Counted from the stretch's first letter, positions 33,967 through 45,087 are shown. The stretch is 64,000 bases of DNA from Halarcobacter sp. (GCA_963676565.1 OY781089.1:3264001-3328000); one strand, 5' to 3'. A program made the numbers and translations. Notes: generated by a model not told the origin, from the sequence alone.

Positions 33967-34665
33967 TTATTTAATATCCATTAATTCTAATACATCAATA
34001 TTAACAGATGGTGACATTGTTAATGAGATTGCTGCATTAGTGATATATCTACCTTTAGCAGATGCTGGTTTAGCTTTGTTAATAGCTGAAACAAATGCTG
34101 CAATGTTTTCTTTAATTGCTTCTTCTGAGAAAGAAACTTTCCCAACTGCAGCTTGCATGTTACCTTTTTTATCAACTCTATATGCAACTTGACCACCTTT
34201 AGCATCGTTAACTGCTTTAGTTACGTCCATAGTTACAGTTCCAGTTTTAGGATTTGGCATTAAACCTTTTGGTCCTAAAATTCTACCTAATTTACCTACA
34301 AGTCCCATACAATCTGGAGTAGCAATTAAAACATCAAAGTTAATCTCTCCACCTTGTACAGTTTCAACTAAATCATCATTACCAACAATATCAGCACCAG
34401 CAGCTTTAGCTTCGTCCATTTTTGCACCTTTAGCAAAAACAGCAACTCTAACAGTCTTACCAGTACCATTTGGAAGTACAACAGCACCTCTAATCATTTG
34501 ATCAGCATGTCTTGGGTCAACGTTTAAGTTTAATGCAACTTCAACAGATTCATCAAATTTTGCTGATTTTAATTCTTTTACAGTTTTACAAGCTTCTGCT
34601 AGTGAATAATTTTTATCTTCAATTTTTTCAGCTAAAGCTTTATATCTTTTTGAAACTTTTCCCAT
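33967..34665 (-). CDS. rplA: 50S ribosomal protein L1
   Basis: [19 protein letters not shown]. Confidence 0.98.
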   Translation of the reverse strand: MGKVSKRYKALAEKIEDKNYSLAEACKTVKELKSAKFDESVEVALNLNVDPRHADQMIRGAVVLPNGTGKTVRVAVFAKGAKMDEAKAAGADIVGNDDLVETVQGGEINFDVLIATPDCMGLVGKLGRILGPKGLMPNPKTGTVTMDVTKAVNDAKGGQVAYRVDKKGNMQAAVGKVSFSEEAIKENIAAFVSAINKAKPASAKGRYITNAAISLTMSPSVNIDVLELMDIK

Positions 34666-34739
34666 ATTTATCTCCGCAATTAATTTTTTTGTTTGCTACC
34701 GCTATATAAGCCAAGTGGTCAGGCTAGATATTTAACAGA

Positions 34740-35165
34740 TTAAATTTCTGTTTCAATTCCCATTGATCTTGCAGATCCAGCAACAATTTTTGCAGCTTGG
34801 TCTTTATCATCAGTATTTAAATCAGCGATTTTCATATCAACGATTTCCATAATCTGATCTTTAGTTAATTTTCCAACTTTGTTTTTAAGTGCATTGTCAG
34901 AACCTTTTTTAACACCAGAAACTTTCTTAATTAAATCTGTCATTGGTGGTTGTTTAGTTACAAATGTAAAACTTTTATCACTATAATAAGAAATTTCTAC
35001 AGGGATTGAAAAACCTGCTTTATCTCTTGTTTTTTCGTTAAATGCTTTACAAAATTCCATAATGTTAATCCCTCTTTGACCTAGAGCTGGACCAACTGGT
35101 GGTGATGGGTTAGCAGCACCAGCAGGAATTTGAAGTTTAAGTACACCTTCTACTTTTTTAGCCAT
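34740..35165 (-). CDS. rplK: 50S ribosomal protein L11
   Basis: [12 protein letters not shown]. Confidence 0.98.
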   Translation of the reverse strand: MAKKVEGVLKLQIPAGAANPSPPVGPALGQRGINIMEFCKAFNEKTRDKAGFSIPVEISYYSDKSFTFVTKQPPMTDLIKKVSGVKKGSDNALKNKVGKLTKDQIMEIVDMKIADLNTDDKDQAAKIVAGSARSMGIETEI

Positions 35166-35200
35166 GCTATTTCCTTTTTTTAATTTTGTTGTTTAATGAT

Positions 35201-35256
35201 TTAGGCATTAGGCAAGAAAACTCTTAGGAAGCGAAGTTTTTTTGCCTAATGCCTAA
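35201..35256. repeat. 22-bp inverted repeat built from tandem TTAGGCA heptamers
   Basis: TTAGGCATTAGGCAAGAAAACT / AGTTTTTTTGCCTAATGCCTAA. Confidence 0.8.
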
Positions 35257-35267
35257 TAAAAGTAGTT

Positions 35268-35795
35268 TTAAACTACTCTTTCTACTTGTGTATATGTAAT
35301 CTCTACTGGAGTATTTCTTCCAAAAATAGATACATTTAGTTTTAAAATACCAGATGCCATATCAAAGTCTTCAACTACACCATTAAAGTTTGCAAATGGA
35401 CCTTCATTGATTCTTACCATTTCACCTTCATCAAATGAAATTTTTGGCTTAGCAGCAGCTCTATTTTGAACCTTATCTAAAATTGAATCAATATCTTTTT
35501 TTGATAATGGAGTAGGTTTTTTAGACTCACCAATGAATCTTCCTACTTTTGGCATTGATTGAATTCTATGCCATAGTGCTGTATCTAAATCAATTTTTGC
35601 AAATGCATATGCAGGATATAAAGGTCTTTCAACAATAGATTTATTACCTTTTTTTACTTCAATTAAATCCTCAGTTGGAACTAATACTTCTGAGATTCTT
35701 TCATCAGCCATCTCTTCAGCTAATCTCTCAAGTGCTCTTTTTACTGCTAATTCACTACCTGAGTGTGTTTGAATCGCATACCATTGATGTGCCAT
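35268..35795 (-). CDS. nusG: Transcription termination/antitermination factor NusG
   Basis: NGN domain plus KOW (GPFANFNG, IFGRNTPVE). Confidence 0.97.
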   Translation of the reverse strand: MAHQWYAIQTHSGSELAVKRALERLAEEMADERISEVLVPTEDLIEVKKGNKSIVERPLYPAYAFAKIDLDTALWHRIQSMPKVGRFIGESKKPTPLSKKDIDSILDKVQNRAAAKPKISFDEGEMVRINEGPFANFNGVVEDFDMASGILKLNVSIFGRNTPVEITYTQVERVV

Positions 35796-35804
35796 TTATT
35801 ATCC

Positions 35805-35987
35805 TTAATTTATTACAGCTGATAAGCTTAGAGACATAATTGCATCAATTAATGCTAAAAATAATGATATTACTGTTACAACTACAAATACCGATAGGTA
35901 TGCAGATCTAATTTGTTCTTTAATAGGGAAAATTACTTTAAAAAGTTCTTCTTTAGCATTTTTATAATATGTTTTAAATTTGTTCAC
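35805..35987 (-). CDS. secE: Preprotein translocase SecE
   Basis: ELFKVIFP plus one TM; GTG start after GGAG; synteny. Confidence 0.9.
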   Translation of the reverse strand: MNKFKTYYKNAKEELFKVIFPIKEQIRSAYLSVFVVVTVISLFLALIDAIMSLSLSAVIN

Positions 35988-36222
35988 AATCGACTCCAAA
36001 AATTTCTAAGCTCATAAATTCTTTTAAAAAAAGTCATAACTACTTTTAAAAAAATTTAGTGATTTCTTTGTAGGATTAACACCTACAACTTACAGACAAG
36101 GAAATTCAATTTCCAACTAGGACACGAATATTATCTAAATAAAGCTTTAAATAAGCTTAGTTAAGATGTTTTTAATTTAAATTGTATTAGATAGTTTTTT
36201 TTGAAATTTAATTAGTGAAAAG

Positions 36223-36298
36223 TGGCAGGCCAGACAGGACTCGAACCCGTAACCATCGGATTTGGAATCCGGCGCTCTACCATTGGAGCTACTGACCT
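36223..36298 (-). tRNA. tRNA-Trp (CCA)
   Basis: Cloverleaf AGGTCAG...GTTCGAGTCC...CCTGCCA; anticodon loop TTCCAAA. Confidence 0.95.
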
Positions 36299-36329
36299 GG
36301 TTACAAAACCATAAAGGTTAAGTAAAGTC

Positions 36330-36500
36330 TTACGACTTTAGCTTAACTTCTTTATGAGTTGTGTGTTTTTTTAATCTTGGGCTATATTTTTTAATAGCCA
36401 TTTTTTCTGTATAAGTTTTTGGATTTTTGTAAGTAGTGTAATTAATATCACCACACTCTTCACATTTTAGTCCAATTTTAATGCTAACTCCGTTACCCAT
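36330..36500 (-). CDS. rpmG: 50S ribosomal protein L33 (56 aa, below ORF-track cutoff)
   Basis: [56 protein letters not shown]. Confidence 0.95.
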   Translation of the reverse strand: MGNGVSIKIGLKCEECGDINYTTYKNPKTYTEKMAIKKYSPRLKKHTTHKEVKLKS

Positions 36501-36509
36501 AAGTTATCC

Positions 36510-37718
36510 TTATTCGATTACTTCAGCAACAACTCCAGCACCTACAGTTCTACCACCTTCTCTGATAGCGAACTTAGTTCCCTTTTCAAGAGCAATTGGA
36601 GCAACTAATGAAACTGTCATTTCAACGTTATCACCTGGCATAACCATTTCAGTACCTTCTGGTAATTCACAAGAACCAGTAACGTCAGTTGTTCTTACAT
36701 AGAACTGTGGTCTATATCCTGAGAAGAATGGAGTATGTCTACCACCTTCCTCTTTAGAAAGAATATATACTTCCGCTCTAAATTTAGTGTGTGGAGTAAT
36801 TGATCCTGGCTTAACAAGAACTTGTCCTCTTTGAACTTCTTCTTTTTTAATACCTCTTAAAAGGATACCAGCATTATCACCAGCAACACCCTCGTCCATC
36901 TCTTTTCTAAACATTTCGATACCAGTAACAGTAGTTTTCATAGTATCTTTGAAACCTACGATTTCAATCTCTTCGTTTAGTTTAATTGTACCTTTTTCAA
37001 TTCTACCAGTAACAACTGTACCTCTACCTTGGATAGTAAATACATCTTCTACAGGCATTAAGAAATCTTGATCAGCATCTCTTTCTGGAGTTGGAATATA
37101 AGCATCAACTTCGTCCATTAATTTATAGATTTTTTCAGCCCATTCACCAGCAGTTCCAGCTTTAGCTTCTTCTAATGCTTGGAATGCAGAACCAGCAACG
37201 ATTGGAGTGTCATCACCTGGGAAATCATACTCAGAAAGTAATTCTCTTACTTCCATTTCAACTAATTCTAACATCTCTTCTTTATCTTCATCATCAAGTT
37301 GATCTTCTTTGTTTAAGAATACAACGATGTATGGTACACCTACTTGTTTAGATAATAAGATGTGCTCTCTTGTTTGAGCCATTGGTCCATCAGTAGAAGC
37401 AATAACTAAGATAGCTCCGTCCATTTGTGCAGCACCAGTAATCATGTTTTTAACATAATCGGCGTGACCTGGACAGTCTACGTGAGCGTAGTGTCTAGTT
37501 TCAGTTTCATATTCTACGTGAGAAGTAGCAATTGTAATACCTCTTTCTCTTTCTTCTGGAGCATTATCAATTTGATCATAATCCATAGTAGCTTGACCAT
37601 TTTTAAGCCCTAAACACATAGTAATAGCAGCTGTTAATGTAGTTTTACCGTGGTCAACGTGACCAATAGTACCAATGTTTACGTGCGGTTTACTTCGCTC
37701 GAATTTTTCTTTTGCCAT
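36510..37718 (-). CDS. tuf: Elongation factor Tu
   Basis: [17 protein letters not shown]. Confidence 0.99.
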   Translation of the reverse strand: MAKEKFERSKPHVNIGTIGHVDHGKTTLTAAITMCLGLKNGQATMDYDQIDNAPEERERGITIATSHVEYETETRHYAHVDCPGHADYVKNMITGAAQMDGAILVIASTDGPMAQTREHILLSKQVGVPYIVVFLNKEDQLDDEDKEEMLELVEMEVRELLSEYDFPGDDTPIVAGSAFQALEEAKAGTAGEWAEKIYKLMDEVDAYIPTPERDADQDFLMPVEDVFTIQGRGTVVTGRIEKGTIKLNEEIEIVGFKDTMKTTVTGIEMFRKEMDEGVAGDNAGILLRGIKKEEVQRGQVLVKPGSITPHTKFRAEVYILSKEEGGRHTPFFSGYRPQFYVRTTDVTGSCELPEGTEMVMPGDNVEMTVSLVAPIALEKGTKFAIREGGRTVGAGVVAEVIE

Positions 37719-37953
37719 AAAATTCCCCTTAAAAAATTTTGGTTAATAGCCCTCTGAGTAGATAAGTCCAATAACTTCTCTATTCAGAGGGGATTTATTT
37801 TATAAATTTTGTACAAAAAAAGTACTTAACTTTTTTGTGGATGGTATTTTAATTAAAAAATACTAAAAAAAACTTTAATGGGAGATTATTTGTATAAAAT
37901 AAGGAGTTATAAGTATGCGTTATAACTCAGCTCCCAGTAATCAATAAATCAAA

Positions 37954-38030
37954 TGGAGCGGGAGACGAGACTCGAACTCGCGACAATCTGCTTGGAAGGC
38001 AGAGGCTCTAGCCAACTGAGCTACTCCCGC
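37954..38030 (-). tRNA. tRNA-Gly (TCC)
   Basis: GCGGGAG...CTTCCAA...CCCGCTCCA. Confidence 0.95.
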
Positions 38031-38039
38031 AACATTTAG

Positions 38040-38124
38040 TGGTGGTGAGAGAAGGATTTGAACCTTCGAAGCCATAGGCGGGAGATTTACAGTCTCCTGG
38101 ATTTGACCACTCTCCAACCTCACC
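38040..38124 (-). tRNA. tRNA-Tyr (GTA)
   Basis: 85 nt with long variable arm; anticodon loop CTGTAAA. Confidence 0.95.
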
Positions 38125-38186
38125 GTTGAAAAATTATTGTTCTGGTCAAGCGCTGGTCTTAAGACTTACGCACGACAATAAAAAAA

Positions 38187-38263
38187 TGGAGCTGGTGAAG
38201 GGAGTCGAACCCCCGACCTGCTGATTACAAATCAGCTGCTCTAGCCAACTGAGCTACACCAGC
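38187..38263 (-). tRNA. tRNA-Thr (TGT)
   Basis: Anticodon loop TTTGTAA; CCA end. Confidence 0.95.
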
Positions 38264-38299
38264 GTCCAAGATTTAAAAAACTTTTTGCAAAACAAAAAG

Positions 38300-38375
38300 T
38301 GGTGGCGCGGGGCAGAATCGAACTGCCGACACAAGGATTTTCAGTCCTTTGCTCTACCGACTGAGCTACCGAGCC
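38300..38375 (-). tRNA. tRNA-Phe (GAA)
   Basis: Anticodon loop CTGAAAA; CCA end. Confidence 0.95.
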
Positions 38376-38432
38376 AAGTGATTTAAGTAAGCGTCCTACT
38401 TAAATTGGAGTGAAATTATATACAGAACATTA

Positions 38433-39593
38433 TTAATTTAAGCTTAAATTGAAAACAAATTGTTTAAATTCTTTTCCCCTTTGCTTATATGAACTAAATT
38501 GATCAAGTGATGCAGCAGCTGGAGACAGCATTGCAACTTCGTTTTCTTGGTGCTTTTGAGCAATTTTTAAAACTGCTGCTTCAAGTATTTCACACGAAAT
38601 AAATTTTATAGAAAATTTTTCACATAAAGAATTTATTCTTTTAAAATTACTTCCTACAGAAAAAACCTCAACATTTAAATCTTTTAAATATTCAAATAAA
38701 GGTAATAAATTTGCACCCTTATCATCTCCCCCTAATATTAAATATATCTTTTTTTCTTTATATGGTATAAGTGCATTTATAGTTGCATCAACATTTGTAG
38801 CTTTAGAATCATCAATCCATAATCTATTTTTTTTATCAAAAAACTCTTCTACTTTATGTTCATCAACTTTAAAGGAGTTAATTGTTTCATAATCAATTTC
38901 ATCGAATATAATCTTTTTTGAAGATAAAGCTAATATTGAGTCTAATAAAAAAGGTTCTTTAAAATTAATCCTTTTTTTATCTATATTAAAATATTTACAT
39001 AAATCATCACTATCTTTGTAAGTTATTTTCATAGCACTTGTTGGATAATCTTTGAATTCTTCTGGAATAATTGCAACTTCACCTTCTGTCATCATATCAA
39101 GTGGTTTTAATTTTGCTTTTTTATACTCTTCAAAACTTCCATGCCAAGAGATATGATCTTCTGATATAGGAAGAAGTAAATACAATGATGGTTTTGCTTT
39201 AGTTATATAGTGAAAAGTAAAAGAAGAAGTTTCTAAAATCCATATGGGAGCATTTAAATCAAGTTTTGATATTGGCGTTCCAATATTACCTCCACAAAGG
39301 CTTCCTTTATCTTCTAAAAGGTGTTGAATCATTTGTGTTGTAGTTGTTTTACCATTTGTTCCACTTATCCAGATGGAAAAAGGCATAGTATCCGCAAAAA
39401 GATCATAATCACTTTGTATGTTGTTTGATTGTTTTACCATATCATTAAAAGGTGGAATCCCTGGACTAACTATAGTTATAGCATTGGACTCTTTATCATA
39501 GTTTGAAAAATCTTTATCATCATACAATATAACCTCATCAAACTTTTCTTTTATTGCTTGGGCTGTAATTCCTTTTCCTAGTACTCTTATCAT
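38433..39593 (-). CDS. murD: UDP-MurNAc-L-Ala:D-Glu ligase
   Basis: SGTNGKTTT, GGNIG, DDSKATN, LSPAAASLDQF. Confidence 0.95.
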   Translation of the reverse strand: MIRVLGKGITAQAIKEKFDEVILYDDKDFSNYDKESNAITIVSPGIPPFNDMVKQSNNIQSDYDLFADTMPFSIWISGTNGKTTTTQMIQHLLEDKGSLCGGNIGTPISKLDLNAPIWILETSSFTFHYITKAKPSLYLLLPISEDHISWHGSFEEYKKAKLKPLDMMTEGEVAIIPEEFKDYPTSAMKITYKDSDDLCKYFNIDKKRINFKEPFLLDSILALSSKKIIFDEIDYETINSFKVDEHKVEEFFDKKNRLWIDDSKATNVDATINALIPYKEKKIYLILGGDDKGANLLPLFEYLKDLNVEVFSVGSNFKRINSLCEKFSIKFISCEILEAAVLKIAQKHQENEVAMLSPAAASLDQFSSYKQRGKEFKQFVFNLSLN

Positions 39594-39597
39594 ATTA

Positions 39598-40659
39598 TTA
39601 CCGTATTTTTAAACTTAATAAAGCTAATAAATTTGCCATAAAAGATATTATCCAAAATCTTACAATGATTTTATTTTCTTTCCAGCCCTTCTCTTCAAAG
39701 TGATGGTGTATTGGAGCCATTAAAAAAACCCTCTTTTTTCTAAGTTTATAAGAACCAACTTGTAATATAACTGATACGGTTTCTATTACAAAGATTAAGC
39801 CTATTAAAACCAATAATATCTCTGACTTGGCAACAATTGCCATAAAACCCATAAATGCTCCAATTGGCAAAGACCCACTATCTCCCATAAATACTTGTGC
39901 AGGATGGCAGTTATACCAAAGGAATGCAATTAAAGAACCAATTAATGCAATACCAACAATGGTTAATTCCCCTGATGTTTTTATGTTTGGTAATAAAAGA
40001 TAAGATGAGAAAATTGCATGTCCTGAAACATAAACAATTCCTGATAATGTTACAAAAGCCATAATAGAAGGAACTGTTGCAAGCCCATCAAGTCCATCTG
40101 TTAAATTTACTGCATTAGATGCAGCTACCATAACCAATATCCAAAAGGCTATTGCAAAATAACCCATATCAAATAATGGAAATTTATAAAATGGGGTATA
40201 TAAAGTTGTTGTATGATTAAAATAAAATAATATAAAAGAAACTAGAAATGCAAATAAAATCTGATAGACTAACTTTGCCCTTGGACTTAAACCTGCATTG
40301 TTTTTATTTTTGGCAATCTTTGAATAATCATCCCTAAAACCTATATAAGAGAAAAATAAAATGGTTAATATTCCAGCTATTGCATAAAAGTTGTCTAATT
40401 TTATAGTTAATAAAGAGGATACAATTGTTGATATTATAAAAATCACTCCACCCATAGTTGGAGTTCCCATCTTATCTTTGTGGGAATCTGGAGCATATTC
40501 ATAAATTGGTTGTGAAGCTTTTTTCGACCTAGCCCACCTTACAAATTTTGGTAAAAGATACATTGTCAAAATAAAAGAGATAAAAAAAGCAATACCAGCT
40601 CTTACTGATATATATTGAAAGATATTTATATTAAATTGTTCATAAAGCCAATAAAACAA
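39598..40659 (-). CDS. mraY: Phospho-MurNAc-pentapeptide transferase
   Basis: [29 protein letters not shown]. Confidence 0.97.
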   Translation of the reverse strand: MFYWLYEQFNINIFQYISVRAGIAFFISFILTMYLLPKFVRWARSKKASQPIYEYAPDSHKDKMGTPTMGGVIFIISTIVSSLLTIKLDNFYAIAGILTILFFSYIGFRDDYSKIAKNKNNAGLSPRAKLVYQILFAFLVSFILFYFNHTTTLYTPFYKFPLFDMGYFAIAFWILVMVAASNAVNLTDGLDGLATVPSIMAFVTLSGIVYVSGHAIFSSYLLLPNIKTSGELTIVGIALIGSLIAFLWYNCHPAQVFMGDSGSLPIGAFMGFMAIVAKSEILLVLIGLIFVIETVSVILQVGSYKLRKKRVFLMAPIHHHFEEKGWKENKIIVRFWIISFMANLLALLSLKIR

Positions 40660-40728
40660 ATTTTTTCCTCAAAGTAATAGAATAATTAAGATTCAACAAA
40701 CTTACTTATCTTAAAAAAATAGTAGTAA

Positions 40729-40827
40729 GTTTTCATAGAAATATAAGCTGAAGCTTTCAGCAAATATATCTCTATGTTTTCACAGAAACATAACTTGAAG
40801 CTTTCAGCAAATATATCTCTATGTTTT
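40729..40827. repeat. Tandem duplication of a 47-bp internally palindromic unit (REP-like)
   Basis: Copies start at 40729 and 40776; 32 bp identical (40749-40780 = 40796-40827); core GCTGAAGCTTTCAGC. Confidence 0.85.
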
Positions 40828-40878
40828 GATATAATCGCGCAGATTATAGTACAATATATATTTTAAAAGGTTTAAACA

Positions 40879-42354
40879 ATGAGCAAAAAAACATTACTTG
40901 TGATAACTGATGGTATAGGATTTAACGAGTCTTCAAATCATAATGCTTTTAAAAATGCAGATACACCAACATATGATTATTTATTTGAAAATGTTCCATA
41001 TTCTTTAATTCATACATATGGTGAACATGTAGGATTACCAGATGGGCAAATGGGAAATAGTGAAGTTGGGCACATGACAATAGGAAGTGGTAGAGTACTT
41101 TATCAAGATTTAGTAAAAATCAATATTGCTATTGAAAATGACACTCTAAAAGAGAATGAAGTGGTTAAATCTACAGTAGAAAACTCTAATAATATCCATT
41201 TAATAGGACTTGTTAGTGATGGTGGTGTTCATTCACATATTAATCATATTATAGCTTTAGCAAAAATATCAAAAGTAATGGGTAAAAAAGTTTTTATTCA
41301 TGTTATAACTGATGGTAGAGACGTTGCGCCTAATTGTGCTGGTAAATATGTACAACAGATTATTGATATTTGTGATGAAGATATAAAAATCGCTACTATT
41401 TCTGGAAGATATTACTCTATGGATAGAGATAATAGATGGGAAAGGGTTCAAAAAGGTTATGATGCAATTGTTTTTGCAACACCTAAAACAAATGAAAATA
41501 TTTTAGATTTAATTGAAAACTCTTACAAAGAAGATATCTTTGATGAATTTATAGTTCCAACTGCCTTTGAAGGGTATGAAGGATTTAGTGAAAATGATGG
41601 AGTAATTTTCTGTAACTTTAGAAGTGATAGAGCAAGGGAATTATCAACTGCAATAGCAAGCTCAGACTTTGAAGAGTTTAAAACTTTTAAAGGTGCTTTA
41701 AATGTTGCAACAATGACACAATATGATAAGAACCTTCCTTTACCAATTATCTTCCCAAAAGAGACACCAAAAAATACCTTAGCAGAAGTTATATCTAATG
41801 CAGGTTTATCACAACTTCATACAGCTGAAACAGAAAAATATGCCCATGTTACATTTTTCTTTAATGGAGGAGTTGAAGAACCAGTATTAAATGAAACAAG
41901 AGTTTTAATCCCAAGTCCAAAGGTTGCTACATATGATGAAAAACCTGAGATGAGTGCACCAGAAGTTGGAGTTGAAGTTCAAAAAGCAATGGACAATGAA
42001 ACAGATTTTATTGTAGTAAACTTTGCAAATGGTGATATGGTTGGACACACTGGCGTTTATGAAGCAGGAGTTAAAGCTGTTGAAGCTGTTGATAAAGAGT
42101 TAGGATTAATTATTCAAAAAGCAAAAGAGAAAGATTACAATCTAATATTAACAAGTGACCATGGAAATTGTGAAATGATGAAAGATGAAAGTGGAAAAAC
42201 TTTAACAAACCACACAGTTGGAGATGTGTTTTGTTTTGTAATGGCAAAAAATGTAGATAAAGTAAATACAGGTAGCTTAAATAATATTGCACCAACTGTT
42301 TTAAAATTAATGGATTTAGAGATTCCAGCAGAAATGGATGAGGCTTTAGTTTAA
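40879..42354 (+). CDS. gpmI: 2,3-bisphosphoglycerate-independent phosphoglycerate mutase
   Basis: GQMGNSEVGH, SDGGVHSH, DMVGHTG, SDHGN. Confidence 0.97.
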   Translation: MSKKTLLVITDGIGFNESSNHNAFKNADTPTYDYLFENVPYSLIHTYGEHVGLPDGQMGNSEVGHMTIGSGRVLYQDLVKINIAIENDTLKENEVVKSTVENSNNIHLIGLVSDGGVHSHINHIIALAKISKVMGKKVFIHVITDGRDVAPNCAGKYVQQIIDICDEDIKIATISGRYYSMDRDNRWERVQKGYDAIVFATPKTNENILDLIENSYKEDIFDEFIVPTAFEGYEGFSENDGVIFCNFRSDRARELSTAIASSDFEEFKTFKGALNVATMTQYDKNLPLPIIFPKETPKNTLAEVISNAGLSQLHTAETEKYAHVTFFFNGGVEEPVLNETRVLIPSPKVATYDEKPEMSAPEVGVEVQKAMDNETDFIVVNFANGDMVGHTGVYEAGVKAVEAVDKELGLIIQKAKEKDYNLILTSDHGNCEMMKDESGKTLTNHTVGDVFCFVMAKNVDKVNTGSLNNIAPTVLKLMDLEIPAEMDEALV

Positions 42355-42358
42355 ATTT

Positions 42359-43057
42359 ATGATTAATGCTGTAGAAATAAAAAAACTAAAAATTACTACT
42401 AAAGAGCAAGAGTTAGTAAATATAGATTTTAAGATAGAAGACTCTACAGCTTTAATAGGTCAAAGTGGAAGTGGTAAATCTTTAACACTAAAAACTATTT
42501 TAAATCTACTGCCCTCAAATTTAAAACTTGATTTTGATGTGAATTCAAGTTTTGAATTAAATAGTTCAAATATAGGATTTATTCCTCAAAATCCATTTAC
42601 TTCTTTATCCCCCATGACAAAAATTAAAAATCAGTTCTTTTGTGAGGAAAATAAGAAAAAAGAGCTTTTTCAGATTGTAGGTCTAGAAGAAAAGTTCTTA
42701 GAAAGATTCCCTTCTCAATTAAGTGGAGGGCAACTTCAAAGAGTAGTTATTGCAATAGCATTAAGTAATGATATAAAACTACTTTTATTGGATGAACCTA
42801 CAACAGCTTTAGATGAAAAATCAAAACAAATAGTTTTAGACTTGATAAAAAAACTTCAAGATGAACTAAATATTTTAATACTTTTTGTTACACACGATAT
42901 TAACTCCATAAGAGATATTTGTAAAAATATTGTTATTATAAAAGATGGAACTGTAATAGAAAAAGGTAAAACAATTGAAATTTTATCTTTACCAAAAACA
43001 GAATATACAAAAGCATTAATCAACTCAACTTTTGAAAACAAAGAATTTAGGAAATAA
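42359..43057 (+). CDS. ABC transporter ATP-binding protein (peptide/nickel family)
   Basis: Walker A GQSGSGKS, LSGGQ signature, LLDEPT, THD. Confidence 0.9.
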   Translation: MINAVEIKKLKITTKEQELVNIDFKIEDSTALIGQSGSGKSLTLKTILNLLPSNLKLDFDVNSSFELNSSNIGFIPQNPFTSLSPMTKIKNQFFCEENKKKELFQIVGLEEKFLERFPSQLSGGQLQRVVIAIALSNDIKLLLLDEPTTALDEKSKQIVLDLIKKLQDELNILILFVTHDINSIRDICKNIVIIKDGTVIEKGKTIEILSLPKTEYTKALINSTFENKEFRK

Positions 43058-43059
43058 GT

Positions 43060-45063
43060 ATGATGAAATATATTTTCACCTTTATATTATTAATTACAAT
43101 TGGTGTAGCTGTATGGCTACTAAACTTATATAATGATATTAGATTTGATATTAATCAGGTAGTTAACTATAACCCGAAAAAAACTACTCAAATTTTTGAT
43201 AAAAAAGGGAAACTAATTGCAAATATTTTTGACAAAGAGCATAGACTTTATGTTAAATACGAAGATATACCAGCAAGGGTTATTGAAGCTTTAGTTGCCA
43301 TTGAAGATACACAATTTTTTGAACACTCAGGAGTAAATCCTGATGCAATTTCAAGAGCAATGATAAAAAATATAAAAGCTGGTGGATACGCTGAGGGAGC
43401 AAGTACATTAACACAACAATTAATTAAACAAGTTGTTCTTAGTAGAGAAAAAAAATTAATTAGAAAAATAAAAGAAGCTCTACTTGCTATTAGATTAGAA
43501 ACCATTTTAACAAAAGAAGAGATTTTAGAGCGATATTTAAATCAAGTTTATTTTGGACATAGTTATTATGGGATAAAAACTGCTTCGCAAGGATATTTTA
43601 GAAAAAATCTTTATGAACTAAATATCAAAGAGATTGCTATATTAGTTGGACTTCCTAAAGCACCAAGTTTTTATGACCCAACAAGAAATTTAAAATTTAC
43701 CTTAACAAGAGCAAATCAAGTTGTTAAAAGAATGCATACTTTAGGATGGATTAATAAATCTGAATATGAATATGCAATTAATTATGTTCCAGAAGTTTTT
43801 GATGATACATTAACAAAAAATAAGGCACCTTATGTAGTTGATTACACCTTAAAACTTTTAAAAGATGATATTCCAGATATTAAAACTGGGGGATATAAAG
43901 TAAACCTAACCATAGATTTAGATGCACAAGAGATTGCACGAGAGGCTTTAACATTTGGTTATAATGGTATATTAAAAAGGGATGAAAAACTTCAAAAAAA
44001 TCCTAGAAATAATGTTGATAAAAACGGTCAAGCTGTTGAAGAAAAGTATTTTGTTAACTCTCTAAATGGTGCTATGATTTCAATAGAAAATGATACAGGA
44101 AAAATTTTAGCTTTAGTTGGTGGTGTTGATTATCAAGAATCATCTTTTAATAGAGTTATTCAAAGTAGAAGGCAACCTGGATCTGCAGTTAAACCATTTC
44201 TATACCAAACAGCATTAGATGTAGGATATTCTCCAGCTTCACAATTAGTTGATATTGGTAGAACTTATGATTATAAAGACAATGAAGGTAATGAAAAAAA
44301 ATGGCAACCTAAAAATTATGGTGGAAAATTCAAAGGTTTAATTACTCTAAGAGAATCATTAATTAAATCAAGAAACCTTGCAACAATTAACCTTGTAACT
44401 GATGTTGGTATCAATGAGATGTATAAAGGATTAGAATCTTTTGGAATAACTGATATGCCTAGAGATTTATCAATAACATTAGGTTCTTTTTCAATTTCTC
44501 CAATTAATTTAAGTAAAGCATATAGTGTATTTTCAAATGATGGTGTTCAAGTTACACCATATATTATAAACTCAATTGTTGATTTTAAAGATAATATTAT
44601 AAACTTTGAACCTCAAACAAAATTTATAAAATCTCCCGAACAAATCTTTTTAATGAAATCTATTTTACAAGATGTCGTAAAAAGAGGAACAGGAAGAAGA
44701 GCAAATGTTGAGGGGATAGAACTTGCAGGAAAAACTGGTACTACAAATGATAATATAGATGCATGGTTTTGTGGATTTTCACCTTCAATTCAAACTATAG
44801 TTTGGTATGGAAATGACGATAATACACCAATGAGGAAAAGTGAAGGGGGTGGAACAACTGCTGCTCCTGCTTTTTCTTACTTTTACAATAAATATTTAGA
44901 GGTTCATCCTGAAATAAGAAGAGAATTTTCTAAACCTGAGGGTGTAAAAACTTCAATTATCAACGGTAAAGAAGAGTATTATACAAAGCAATCTCCACTT
45001 CCTGAAATTGAAACACCACAAGTTATAGAAAAAAATATCCAAGGTGAAGTTATAGAATTTTAA
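43060..45063 (+). CDS. mrcA: Class A penicillin-binding protein 1A
   Basis: EDTQFFEH, GASTLTQQ; SAVK, SRN, KTG. Confidence 0.93.
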   Translation: MMKYIFTFILLITIGVAVWLLNLYNDIRFDINQVVNYNPKKTTQIFDKKGKLIANIFDKEHRLYVKYEDIPARVIEALVAIEDTQFFEHSGVNPDAISRAMIKNIKAGGYAEGASTLTQQLIKQVVLSREKKLIRKIKEALLAIRLETILTKEEILERYLNQVYFGHSYYGIKTASQGYFRKNLYELNIKEIAILVGLPKAPSFYDPTRNLKFTLTRANQVVKRMHTLGWINKSEYEYAINYVPEVFDDTLTKNKAPYVVDYTLKLLKDDIPDIKTGGYKVNLTIDLDAQEIAREALTFGYNGILKRDEKLQKNPRNNVDKNGQAVEEKYFVNSLNGAMISIENDTGKILALVGGVDYQESSFNRVIQSRRQPGSAVKPFLYQTALDVGYSPASQLVDIGRTYDYKDNEGNEKKWQPKNYGGKFKGLITLRESLIKSRNLATINLVTDVGINEMYKGLESFGITDMPRDLSITLGSFSISPINLSKAYSVFSNDGVQVTPYIINSIVDFKDNIINFEPQTKFIKSPEQIFLMKSILQDVVKRGTGRRANVEGIELAGKTGTTNDNIDAWFCGFSPSIQTIVWYGNDDNTPMRKSEGGGTTAAPAFSYFYNKYLEVHPEIRREFSKPEGVKTSIINGKEEYYTKQSPLPEIETPQVIEKNIQGEVIEF

Positions 45064-45087
45064 TGAATTTAGAAAAATTGAACATAA

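Noticed and set aside
40729..40827. Possible mini-CRISPR array
   Set aside because: Only two units, the 15-bp intervening parts resemble each other, and there are no cas genes. It is a tandem repeat.
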